Assembly: GCA_036396895.1 (NCBI GenBank)
Contig: DASWKB010000008.1
Location: 1,796-65,795 of the forward strand
DNA from: a bacterium
GTDB taxonomy: Bacteria; Omnitrophota; Gorgyraeia; Aquiviventales; Aquiviventaceae
DNA: 64,000 nt
Direction: 5' to 3'
A program made the translations under genes and the position numbers. The notes under the pieces are model-generated. The model ran no database searches. It had not been told where the DNA came from and saw nothing but the letters and a program-made list of their open reading frames with translations. Below, piece by piece: positions 8,294-16,879 of the stretch; positions within the stretch are counted from its first letter, which is position 1; each line of letters begins with the position of its first letter.

Positions 8294-9374
8294 CGCGTCC
8301 CGATCGGATCTCCTGCAGCGCCAGCTGGAGCTCTTCCGGGCTGTCGGCGAACCGCATCGCCTCCTCGACGGCGATCTCTCCGCGCTTGCAGCGCTGGTAC
8401 AGGGCCTGCGTGAACGTCTGCATCCCGTCCATCGCGCCGTCCTGGATCGCCAACGGCACCGCCCCGGTGTCGCCCGTGCGCACGAGCTCGCGCACCCGCG
8501 GAGTCGCCGCGAGCAGTTCGCAGACGGGCAGCCGTCCCCCGCCGTCGCGCCTCGGCACCAGGCGCAGCGACACGATGCCCCGGAGCACGACGGCGAGCCG
8601 GATCCGGATGAGCCCGTGCTGATGCGGAGGAAAGAAGCCGATGACGCGCTCGATCGTCGTCACGACGTTCGTCGTGTGCAGGCACGTGAGCACGAGCTGG
8701 CCGGATTCCGCGGCGAACAGCGCGGATTCCATCGTCTCCAGATCCCGGACGTCGCTCAGGAACAGGACATCCGGGCTCTGCCTGAGGACGTGCTTCAGCC
8801 CCTCGGTGAACGTCAGCGTGTCGGTGCCGACTTCCCGCTGGTTGATCACCGCCTGGATTTCCTCGAACTGGAACTCGACCGGATCCTCGAGCGTCACGAT
8901 GTGCACCGGATGAGCGTGATTGAGCGTGTTGAGCATGGCGGCGACGGTGGTGGATTTTCCCGACCCGGTCGCGCCCGTCACGAGGATCAGCCCCTGGCGC
9001 GCCTCCAGGAGCGTGCGCAGCGGCTCGGCGGGCAGGTGCAGCTCCTCCAGCGTTGCGAGGGCCCGGGGCACGCGGCGGATCACCATCGCCATCGTCCCCC
9101 GCTGCCACAGGACGTTGGCGCGGAACCGCCCCGACGGAGGGCGCTCGAACGCGAAATTGATCTCGCGCGACTGCTCAAACTGCCGCCGGCGCGCCTTGCC
9201 CATGAGTTCCGACGCCGCGCGCGCGATGGCCTCCTCGTCCGCGCGGGTCTCGCCGATGGGCACCAGCTTGCCGTTCACGCGCATGAACGGATGCGCCCCG
9301 GCCTTGAGGATTAGGTCGCTGCCTTCATGCTCGACCATCACGGTGAGCAGCTGCTCGAGTTCGATCGCGCTCAT
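8280..9374 (-). CDS. Second PilT/PilU-family ATPase
   Basis: Start at MSAIELEQLLTVMVEHEGSDLILKAG (ATG at 9374). Walker A GATGSGKSTT, then EDPVEF, LSDVRDLETM and TCLHT. Confidence 0.85.
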   Translation of the reverse strand: MSAIELEQLLTVMVEHEGSDLILKAGAHPFMRVNGKLVPIGETRADEEAIARAASELMGKARRRQFEQSREINFAFERPPSGRFRANVLWQRGTMAMVIRRVPRALATLEELHLPAEPLRTLLEARQGLILVTGATGSGKSTTVAAMLNTLNHAHPVHIVTLEDPVEFQFEEIQAVINQREVGTDTLTFTEGLKHVLRQSPDVLFLSDVRDLETMESALFAAESGQLVLTCLHTTNVVTTIERVIGFFPPHQHGLIRIRLAVVLRGIVSLRLVPRRDGGGRLPVCELLAATPRVRELVRTGDTGAVPLAIQDGAMDGMQTFTQALYQRCKRGEIAVEEAMRFADSPEELQLALQEIRSGRDARG

Positions 9375-9440
9375 GGCATCTCCCGCGCCGCCAGCGACGC
9401 GTCCGGCGATGCGCCGTCTATGCAACAACGCGTAAGTTTA

Positions 9441-9470
9441 AGTATATCTGAGCGCGGGAGCTAAACTCAA
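9441..9470 (-). promoter_or_regulatory. Candidate promoter for the pilT pair
   Basis: Minus strand reads TTGAGT - 18 nt - TATACT, about 65 nt upstream of the ATG at 9374. Confidence 0.35.
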
Positions 9471-9492
9471 GCCGTCGGCTTCTCCGCCAAGT

Positions 9493-9594
9493 GATGAACG
9501 GATGACATGGATGTGACTGGATGACACGGATTCAAACGATTACACGGAATGGCAGGCCGCCAATCCGTGTAATCCGTCGAACATCCGTGAAATC
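9493..9594. repeat. ACGGATT-word hairpin module
   Basis: The 5-prime arm ...gatgacacggattcaaacgattacacggaatgg pairs with the 3-prime arm aatccgtgtaatccgtcgaacatccgtg. The same word family occurs at 18448-18550 and 48843-48880. Confidence 0.75.
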
Positions 9595-9607
9595 AGATGG
9601 AGTTGAT

Positions 9608-10054
9608 CTACGATGAAGGCTCAAGCGAAGGCTCCTGCTCCGGAGCCTCTTCGACCTCGAAGAGCGTGCGCGCCTGCGTATCGAGGACGTGCCGTTTCTC
9701 CAAATCCAGTCCGTACGTGCTGCTCAGCTGCTCGTTGAGCTCCGCGAGCCTCGCCTGCTCCTCGGACCAGTACGCGCGCAGCACCGCCATGCGCGCCATC
9801 GTGCCCTGGCGCTGCTGCCAGATGGAGGCGAACCCCTGAATTTCCTCGTCGTTCTCGAACTGGTGGACGACGTTCCGCTCGCCCGGGACGGCTTCGGAAC
9901 CCCCCGGGGCTGCCGGCGCGGATTCTTCTGCGGCCGGCTGGCTTTGCGCCGTGTCCTTGCGGCCCCAGCTCCATCCGAGCACGATCCCAACGGCCAGACA
10001 CCCTACGACGATCCAGAGCGCGGTGCGCCCCGCCACGTCACGTCCGGTGTTCAT
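9608..10054 (-). CDS. Hypothetical single-pass membrane protein
   Basis: Start at MNTGRDVAGRTALWIVVGCLAVGIVLGW, preceded by GGAAGGAG 8 nt upstream. It has an acidic C-terminus. I recognise no family. Confidence 0.5.
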   Translation of the reverse strand: MNTGRDVAGRTALWIVVGCLAVGIVLGWSWGRKDTAQSQPAAEESAPAAPGGSEAVPGERNVVHQFENDEEIQGFASIWQQRQGTMARMAVLRAYWSEEQARLAELNEQLSSTYGLDLEKRHVLDTQARTLFEVEEAPEQEPSLEPSS

Positions 10055-10161
10055 TCCGTGAGCTCCTTCCGCTATTCCAGTCTCCATCAACGCGTGCCTT
10101 GCTTAAGGAGCGTAGCGCGCCTTCCCGTTCGCGTCAAGCCCGCAGCAATGAAGGACCAGGA

Positions 10162-10290
10162 CGGGGCATGGGGCGTGCCAAGTGCGGAGTGTGGAATCTG
10201 TGCAAAATGCGGAATTGGGAATTCGGAATTTGGAATGTCAAACCGCAGGTGATTCCGCATTCCGCATTCCACATTCCGCATTTGGCACGG
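10162..10290. repeat. GGAATTS / ATTCCGC heptamer-word hairpin module
   Basis: ...gcaaaatgcggaattgggaattcggaatttggaatg ... gattccgcattccgcattccacattccgcatttggcac. Related to 18885-18968 and 20252-20335. Confidence 0.8.
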
Positions 10291-10316
10291 AGACTGATCA
10301 TAAGGTGGACTCCTCA

Positions 10317-11294
10317 TCAAATCCGATCAAGAAGCGGCGCCGGACAGTACGCCGCCATGTCGGGCGGCGGAAGCGCGGTGACCGCCACCGGGGCGCCGGT
10401 TGAGGGGTGCCGGAACGTCAGACGGAACGCGTGCAGCTGCTGCCGCCCGATCCCGCGGCCCTGCCAGTCGGACGCGGAGCGCCGCCCATACGTCGTATCG
10501 CCCGCCACGGGATGCCCCACGTGCGCCAGATGCACGCGGATCTGATGCGTCCGCCCGGTCCCGAGGCGCAGGTGAAGCAGCGTGCACGGCAGCGTGTGAA
10601 TTGCCAGTCTCGCGAGCACGCGGAAATGCGTGACCGCGTGGCGGCCGCCGAGCATCCGGACCGACATGGTCTTCCGGTGCGTGGCGTGGCGGGCGATCCC
10701 CGCTTCGATCGTCCCGGCGTCGCGGGCCAGGTGCCCTTCCGCCAGCGCGAGATATTCCCGGCTGAGCGTGCGGGCCTTGAGCTGCTTGGCCAGCGCCAGA
10801 CGGGCCCGGGCGGTCTTGGCGACCAGCAGCAGCCCCGAGGTGTCTTTGTCGAGCCGGTGGACGATGCCGGCGCGCGGCAGCGGCTCCGGAGCGCTCTCGC
10901 GCGCCTGCTGCGCCTTGACGTAATAGCCGAGAATGGCGTTGACCAGCGTGCCGTCCCAGTGGCCGGGAGCGGGGTGCGTGACCATGCCGGCGGGCTTGTT
11001 CACGACCAGCACCGCCCCGTCCTCATGGACCACCTCCAGCGGCAGGTCCTGCGGGACCGACGGCATGCGTTCGGGCCGCGGAGGCAGCGCCGTAAACTCC
11101 GCGCGGATCCGTTCCCCGCCCCGCAGTTTCAGGTGGGCTTTGGCGGGACGCCCATCCACGGTCACCTGCTGGGCCCTGATGGCGCGCTGGACGACGGTCC
11201 TCGAGAGCACCTCCGGCAGATGCCGTCCGAGGTACTGATCGAGCCGGAGCCCCGCTTCCGCCCGGCCCGTCAGGAGCTCATAAACCCGCGCCAT
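10317..11294 (-). CDS. rluD: RluD-family 23S rRNA pseudouridine synthase
   Basis: 325 aa with an S4-like N-terminus (LRLDQYLGRHLPEVLSR) and the catalytic HRLDKDTSGLLLVAKT motif. Confidence 0.9.
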   Translation of the reverse strand: MARVYELLTGRAEAGLRLDQYLGRHLPEVLSRTVVQRAIRAQQVTVDGRPAKAHLKLRGGERIRAEFTALPPRPERMPSVPQDLPLEVVHEDGAVLVVNKPAGMVTHPAPGHWDGTLVNAILGYYVKAQQARESAPEPLPRAGIVHRLDKDTSGLLLVAKTARARLALAKQLKARTLSREYLALAEGHLARDAGTIEAGIARHATHRKTMSVRMLGGRHAVTHFRVLARLAIHTLPCTLLHLRLGTGRTHQIRVHLAHVGHPVAGDTTYGRRSASDWQGRGIGRQQLHAFRLTFRHPSTGAPVAVTALPPPDMAAYCPAPLLDRI

Positions 11295-12061
11295 CAGCCG
11301 CTGCGCGCGCGGCCGGACGGCGACGCCGTCCGGAGCACGAGGCCCGCCGCGATCAGCGCCGCGCTGATGCCCTGCTGGAGCGTGAGGCCGGCGAGCCAGA
11401 TACCCTGGTCGCCTCGGAGGAATTCCATGCCGAAGCGCAAGAGCCCGTACGCGATCAGATACGCGCTCCCCACCCGCCCCCGGCGGACCGGTTGCCCGTC
11501 ACGCTGGAGACGGCGCAACAGGACGTAGCAGCCCAGGAGCCCGGCCGCCTCGATGAGCTGCGTCGGCAGCACGGGAGCCGGATGCCCAGGAAACGTGACG
11601 CCGAACCACGCCTCCGTCGGACGCCCGTAGCAGCAGCCGTTCAGGAAGCAGCCGAGGCGGCCGATCGCATGCCCCAGCGCGACGAACGGGGCCAGCTGAT
11701 CGAACGCGGCGATCCAGGATCGCCCGCGCCGCATGAGCCAACCCCCGGCGGCCAACATGCCGCCCAGGAGACCGCCGTACCAGACAAGCCCGCCTTCCCA
11801 GATGGCGAAGATCCGCCACGGAGCGTCTCGAAACACCTCCCAATAGAGCGCCGCAAAGAACAGCCGGCCTCCCGCGATGCCGCCCAGTAGCGCGATTGAC
11901 ACCAGATCCAGCAGCGCCTCCGCAGGCACCTCGACGGACTCCCGCGGCCACGCGCGCGCGGTCCGCGCCGCCAGCCACGTCGACACGACGAAGGCCAGGA
12001 TCAGCATCACCCCGTACGTGTGGATCGTCACCGGCCCCATTCTCACCAGCACGGGAAACAT
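11294..12061 (-). CDS. lgt: Prolipoprotein diacylglyceryl transferase
   Basis: 255 aa. MFPVLVRMGPVTIHTYGVMLILAF..., GRLGCFLNGCCYGRPT and multiple TM helices. Confidence 0.9.
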   Translation of the reverse strand: MFPVLVRMGPVTIHTYGVMLILAFVVSTWLAARTARAWPRESVEVPAEALLDLVSIALLGGIAGGRLFFAALYWEVFRDAPWRIFAIWEGGLVWYGGLLGGMLAAGGWLMRRGRSWIAAFDQLAPFVALGHAIGRLGCFLNGCCYGRPTEAWFGVTFPGHPAPVLPTQLIEAAGLLGCYVLLRRLQRDGQPVRRGRVGSAYLIAYGLLRFGMEFLRGDQGIWLAGLTLQQGISAALIAAGLVLRTASPSGRARSG

Positions 12062-12074
12062 CGCTCGCTCCTCA

Positions 12075-12600
12075 TGTCAAATGCGGAATGCGGAATTCGG
12101 AATTGGCCTTGTCCGGCCACGAAACGTGACGCTGGTGCATTGATGCATCATGGCAGCGCCTTGATCGTTGTCGGTCGCCATTGCCGTCTCGTCCATGTGT
12201 TCCGTCTGTCCGTCATCATTGGGGCATGGGCCACGGGGCACGGGGCGTGGGCCGTGTCGTGCGATCGTTGAACTGGTAGAAGGTGGAAGATGGAAGGTGG
12301 AAATGTTCCCTTGTACTTTCTACCTTCCATCTTCTACCTTCTATCTTCTATATGATGTGACGGTCATCCCCACGCCGTGCCCCGGAGCGAACGAAGTGAG
12401 CGGAGTCCTGAGCGAAGTCGAAGGACCCGCCCCGTTCCCCATGCCCCCCGTGCTGACGGAACAAACGGGCAGAACGGGCATGAACTTGTCACTTGTCACC
12501 TGTCACTTGTCACGCGTTTCTCTGGTCGCTGGTCTCTGGTCGCTGGTCGCTGGTCTCTGGTTGCTGGTTGCTGGTCGCCGGTCGCTGGCCGCTTGTCTGC
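12075..12600. repeat. Largest mosaic element in the window. Three-tier nested inverted repeat plus a conserved GAGCGAA core. Its last module overlaps the lspA 3-prime end.
   Basis: Tier 1: 12275-12303 pairs with 12317-12350 (GGTRGAA / CTTCYAT heptamers; 26 of 29 complementary). Tier 2: 12221-12254 pairs with 12369-12384 plus 12427-12448 (GGGGCAC words). Tier 3 is weaker: 12183-12214 with 12455-12485. A cttgtca array lies at 12488-12512 and a CTGGTYG array at 12515-12590. Confidence 0.85.
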
Positions 12601-13068
12601 GCGAAAGGAATGCCACAGCAGCAGCGCGACCCCGATCGTGATGGCCGAGTCTGCGATGTTGAACACGGGCCAAACGCGCAGGTCGATGAAATCGACGACG
12701 TAGCCGAAGCGGACCCGGTCGATCAAGTTGCCCGCGGCGCCTCCCAGGAGCAATCCCGACGCGGCCAGGACGGCCATCGGCTGCCGGCGCCGGCTGAGCA
12801 GCATCCAAGCGATCCAGAGCATCACCGTCGCCGAGAGCGCGATGAAGATGCCCAGCTGGCCGCGCAGCAGGCCGAACGCGGCCCCGGTGTTCTGGACGTA
12901 GGTGAGATGCAGGACGGAGGGAATCACCGGGAGGCTGTCCCCCGGCGCGAACCGGCCGAGGATCAACAGCTTGACGAGTTGGTCCGCGACGAGCACCGCA
13001 GCCCCGACCGCCCACGGCCACGCCAGCCGCGGAACCGCCGGCGCGGGAGGGTCCTCCTGAGCGGTCAT
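12496..13068 (-). CDS. lspA: Lipoprotein signal peptidase II with a repeat-encoded low-complexity C-terminal tail
   Basis: 190 aa with LTYVQNTGAAFG, GGAAGNLIDR and FNIADSAITIG. The tail ADKRPATGDQQPATRDQRPATRDQRPEKRVTSDR is encoded by the heptamer array at 12496-12600. Confidence 0.9.
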   Translation of the reverse strand: MTAQEDPPAPAVPRLAWPWAVGAAVLVADQLVKLLILGRFAPGDSLPVIPSVLHLTYVQNTGAAFGLLRGQLGIFIALSATVMLWIAWMLLSRRRQPMAVLAASGLLLGGAAGNLIDRVRFGYVVDFIDLRVWPVFNIADSAITIGVALLLWHSFRADKRPATGDQQPATRDQRPATRDQRPEKRVTSDR

Positions 13069-13096
13069 CTCGGGCGCTCCGCGGGAGCCCGGACGG

Positions 13097-13480
13097 TCAG
13101 GGCTTGCCCTTCTGCTCCTTGACCCGCTGGCACTCGATGCACATGAGCGCGTACGGCACGGCCTTCAGCCGGCTCATGGTGATCGCCTTGCCGCACGCCT
13201 GGCACACCCCGTAGCTCCCGTCATCGATCCGCTTGAGCGCGTCATCGATCTGGTAGAGCAGTTCGCGTTCGTTGGAGGCGACGTTCATCGACAGTTCCCG
13301 CTCGTGCGTGTCGGTCGCCATGTCCGCCATGTGCACCGTGTAGCCCGACAGGTCGCCTGAGGCGTCCCGCGGGGTCTTCAGGGCGTCCTGGGCCAGCGAG
13401 CGCAGCTCGCCGACAATCCGCTCGCGCTCCGTAATGAGCAGTTGTTTGAAGTGCTTGAGCTGGTCCTTCGTAATCGCCAT
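13097..13480 (-). CDS. DksA/TraR-family C4 zinc-finger protein
   Basis: Start at MAITKDQLKHFKQLL (ATG at 13480). Zinc finger CQACGKAITMSRLKAVPYALMCIECQ. The 300-aa track ORF is an artefactual extension into ileS. Confidence 0.8.
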   Translation of the reverse strand: MAITKDQLKHFKQLLITERERIVGELRSLAQDALKTPRDASGDLSGYTVHMADMATDTHERELSMNVASNERELLYQIDDALKRIDDGSYGVCQACGKAITMSRLKAVPYALMCIECQRVKEQKGKP

Positions 13481-13494
13481 GAGTCCGTCGTTGG

Positions 13495-16332
13495 TTACTC
13501 GGTTGCGTGAGTGCCTGGCAGCGTCGGCATGCCCGCCACGGCCTGGACGCACCGCGCGCACAGCTGCGGATGGTCCGCATGCGCTCCGACGCTGTCCAGG
13601 TGCTTCCAGCACCGCCCGCACTTGGCGCCCGGCGCGCGGCTGATCCGGATGCCGGCCAATCCCGGCACGCCGGTCTCGTCCGCGTCCTGCGGCCCCGCGG
13701 CGGCCACGGCGACCTCCGACACCACGAACGCCTCCGCGAGCGTGTCGCGATGCGCGTGCAGGTCCCGCAGGAGCTCCGGGTCGCGCGCGCTGAGCGTCAC
13801 GCGGGCCTCCAGCGGGCTGCCGATCACCCGCTTGAGCCGTTCGGCTTCGAGCGCCTTCATCACGGCGCCGCGCACCGCGAAGAACGTGTCCCAGCGCGCG
13901 GCCGCCGCCGCATCCAGCGCCCCGCCCTCCGGAGCCGTCCAGGCGCCGAGCCCGGCGAAGGGTTCGCTCACCCACTGCGCCTCGCGCATGAACTGCCACA
14001 CCTCATCCGTCGTCACGACGAGGACGGGCGCCAGGGTCGCCACAAGCGCGCGCAGTATAGCATAGAGCGCGGTTTGCGCACAGCGCCGTTTCGCCGAGTC
14101 CGCAGGCTCCGTGTACAGGCGGTCCTTCAGGGCGTCCAGGTAGCACGACGAGAGGTCCTGTACGCAGAACCGGTAGACGGCCCGAATCGCGTCGTGAAAC
14201 TGGTACGCCTCGTAGGCGCGCGTCACGTCCTCGCACAGGGCAGCGGTCCGGTGGAGAGCCCACCGGTCCAGCTCGCCGAGCTGCCGCGCCGGCACCGCCG
14301 CGCGGGGATGAAAATCGAACAGGTTCGCCAGCAAATACCGGAACGTGTTGCGGATCTTCCGGTACGATTCGGCTGTCTGCTCGAGAATCTCGTCCGAAAT
14401 CCGCACGTCTTCGCGGTAATCCGACGAGGCGACCCACAGCCGCAGGATGTCGGCGCCGTAGCGTGCCGTCACCTCCTGCGGCGCGATGACATTGCCCAGG
14501 CTCTTGGACATCTTGCGCCCGTCTCCATCCACGACAAACCCGTGCGTGAGCACCTGACGGTACGGCGGCGCGCCCTTGAGCGCCGCGGCCGTGATCAGCG
14601 AGACTTGGAACCACCCCCGGTGCTGATCCGACCCTTCAAGATACAGATCCGCCGGCCAGCGCAGGCCCGGCCACGTCTCAGGCCGCAGCACCGCGGCATG
14701 GCTGACCCCGGAATCGAACCACACGTCCAGGATATCCGGATCCTTCCTGAGCTCCCTTCCGCCGCAGTCCGGGCACGCCAGCCCCGGCGCGAGCTGCGCG
14801 GGCGTCTCGGTGAACCAGGCCTCGAGGCCGCGCTCGGCGAGCGCGGCCTCGATCCGCTCGATGGCCGCGACGTCGAGCAGCGGGCGTTCGCAGGCGGCGC
14901 AGTGCAGCACCGGAATCGGGCTGCCCCAGTACCGCTGCCGGGACAGGCACCAGTCGGGACGGGACTGCAGCATGCCCGCGATGCGTCCGAGCCCCGCGTC
15001 CGGCACCCAGCGCACGCCGCGGACGGCCTCGAGCAGCATCGCGCGGAACGGGTCGGTCACGCGCAGAAACCACTGCGGCGTCGCGCGGAAAATGACCGGC
15101 TGTTTGCACCGCCAGCAGTGGGGATAGGAGTGCTCCAGGGGCTCCTCCCGTAGCAGGAGGCCCCGGGCCGTCAGATCCCGGATGATGTCGGGCGTCGCGT
15201 CCCATACCGTCCGGCCCGCCCACGCCGGCACCTCCTGCGTGAACCGCCCGCGCTCGTCCACCGGCGAGAGCACCTCGAGCCCCGCCGAGCGGCCGATGAG
15301 GAAGTCTTCATGCCCGTGTCCGGGCGCGATGTGGACCACGCCCGTGCCCTCGGTCAGCGAGACCCCGGCATCGAACACGGCGCGCGACCCGCGCGCCGCC
15401 AGCGGCGCCCGGCAGACCATGCCGTCCAGGGCGCGCCCGTCGAACTCGGCGACCCGCGCGGCGCCGGGCGCCCCGAGCTTGGCCAGGAACGCCTCGGCGA
15501 CGTCGGAGGCGACCACCAGCTGGCTCGTCCAGCGCGCGTCCGTGAACACCGCATACCGGGCGTCCGGATGGAAGCACAGCGCCACGTTCGCCGGCAGCGT
15601 CCAGGGCGTCGTCGTCCAGGCCACCACCGCCGTCGGGCGGCCGAACGCGTCCCGCGCGTCTGCCGGCAGTCCCGCCGGCGCGCGCTCGACCGGGAACGCC
15701 ACGTAGATCGACGCGTCGCGGCGGTCCTCGTACTCGACCTCCGCCTCCGCCAGCGCGGTTTCGCACGTCGCGCACCAGTACACCGGCTTCATGTCGCGCA
15801 CGATGTATCCCCTGCGCACGAGCTCCTTGAACGACCGGAGCACCGTCATCCCGTACTCGGCCGACATCGTGAGGTACGGGCGCGCCCAGTCCCCGACCAC
15901 GCCAAGCCGCTTGAACTGCTCCCGCTGGATGCCGACGTATCGCTCCGCGTACGCGCGCGCGAGGCCGCGGAACTCATGCTGGGCGATGTCGCGCTTGGTG
16001 AGCTTCCGCTCCTTGAAGAGCTGGTGCTCGATCGGCATCCCATGGCAGTCCCAGCCCGGCACATACGGCGCGTCGTAGCCCCGGAGCACCTTGTAGCGCA
16101 CGATGACGTCCTTGAGGATCTTATTCAGGGCGTGCCCGATATGGATATCCCCGTTGGCGTACGGCGGGCCGTCATGCAGCACGAACGTCTCGGCGCCGGC
16201 GCGCGCGCGGCGCATCAGTCCGTACAGGTCCTCGGAGTCCCATCGGGCCAGGAACGCCGGCTCGCGCTCCGGAAGATTGGCCTTCATCGGAAACGTCGTC
16301 TTCGGAAGATTCAACGTGGTTTTATAGTCCAT
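13495..16332 (-). CDS. ileS: Isoleucyl-tRNA synthetase
   Basis: 945 aa with the HIGH motif (PYANGDIHIGH), KMSKS, and a C-terminal zinc-binding CxxC pair. Confidence 0.95.
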   Translation of the reverse strand: MDYKTTLNLPKTTFPMKANLPEREPAFLARWDSEDLYGLMRRARAGAETFVLHDGPPYANGDIHIGHALNKILKDVIVRYKVLRGYDAPYVPGWDCHGMPIEHQLFKERKLTKRDIAQHEFRGLARAYAERYVGIQREQFKRLGVVGDWARPYLTMSAEYGMTVLRSFKELVRRGYIVRDMKPVYWCATCETALAEAEVEYEDRRDASIYVAFPVERAPAGLPADARDAFGRPTAVVAWTTTPWTLPANVALCFHPDARYAVFTDARWTSQLVVASDVAEAFLAKLGAPGAARVAEFDGRALDGMVCRAPLAARGSRAVFDAGVSLTEGTGVVHIAPGHGHEDFLIGRSAGLEVLSPVDERGRFTQEVPAWAGRTVWDATPDIIRDLTARGLLLREEPLEHSYPHCWRCKQPVIFRATPQWFLRVTDPFRAMLLEAVRGVRWVPDAGLGRIAGMLQSRPDWCLSRQRYWGSPIPVLHCAACERPLLDVAAIERIEAALAERGLEAWFTETPAQLAPGLACPDCGGRELRKDPDILDVWFDSGVSHAAVLRPETWPGLRWPADLYLEGSDQHRGWFQVSLITAAALKGAPPYRQVLTHGFVVDGDGRKMSKSLGNVIAPQEVTARYGADILRLWVASSDYREDVRISDEILEQTAESYRKIRNTFRYLLANLFDFHPRAAVPARQLGELDRWALHRTAALCEDVTRAYEAYQFHDAIRAVYRFCVQDLSSCYLDALKDRLYTEPADSAKRRCAQTALYAILRALVATLAPVLVVTTDEVWQFMREAQWVSEPFAGLGAWTAPEGGALDAAAAARWDTFFAVRGAVMKALEAERLKRVIGSPLEARVTLSARDPELLRDLHAHRDTLAEAFVVSEVAVAAAGPQDADETGVPGLAGIRISRAPGAKCGRCWKHLDSVGAHADHPQLCARCVQAVAGMPTLPGTHATE

Positions 16333-16450
16333 GACAATTATGCGGCTGAGACCGGCGAGCGATCATGCCGGCGCGGGAGAGCAGACGTGCATGTGTGCAT
16401 TCGTGCAGAGCTTCGATTGTTGATGCCACTGCATCCCCGAGAAGCCGAAA

Positions 16451-16545
16451 GTGGAAGCTGGATGTCGTCGTGGTGTATCGGCGTTGCCATGTTACTTGTT
16501 GCTTCTTGCTGGTTGCTTGTTGCTGGTCGCTAGCCCTTTGTCGCT
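16451..16545. repeat. Short mosaic element (GCTGGAW word plus a CTTGTTG/CTGGTTG array) just 3-prime of yggT
   Basis: gtggaagctggatg at 16451-16464. gttacttgttgcttcttgctggttgcttgttgctggtcgctag at 16491-16533. Confidence 0.7.
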
Positions 16546-16846
16546 AGCCAAGGCGATGCGACAGGTCGTAGAGGGACGCCACGAGGAACAGCCGGAGAAA
16601 CCAGATGCCCAGGAGCGCCGCCAGCGGCGAAAGATCCAGCATGCCCACGACCGTAAACGGCAGCGTGCGGCGGATCCAGGCGAACACCGGCTCGGTCACC
16701 GCCCGCAGGAATTGCACGACCGGGTTGTACGGATCCGGACTGACCCATGAAATCATCACCGAGACGAAGATGACGAAACTGTAGATCCACAGGACCCGGT
16801 CGATGATGACCGCAGTCGCCTGCAAGAGATTGCCGAGCACGAACAT
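16544..16846 (-). CDS. yggT: YggT-family membrane protein
   Basis: 100 aa reading ...ISWVSPDPYNPVVQFLRAVTEPVFAWIRR.., the typical YggT motif. Confidence 0.8.
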   Translation of the reverse strand: MFVLGNLLQATAVIIDRVLWIYSFVIFVSVMISWVSPDPYNPVVQFLRAVTEPVFAWIRRTLPFTVVGMLDLSPLAALLGIWFLRLFLVASLYDLSHRLG

Positions 16847-16879
16847 CGCGATCCCTCCGTTCGCCTGCTCCGCGCCACG

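Noticed and set aside
12168-12703. ORFs translated from the repeat spacers, for example MSVAIAVSS... and MPRSERSERSPERSRRTRP... Similar ones occur at 40199, 58240, 6797-7396 and 18727-19389.
   Set aside because: They are translations of heptamer arrays and hairpin arms, giving periodic low-complexity peptides. They occur on both strands equally and have no start-site signals.
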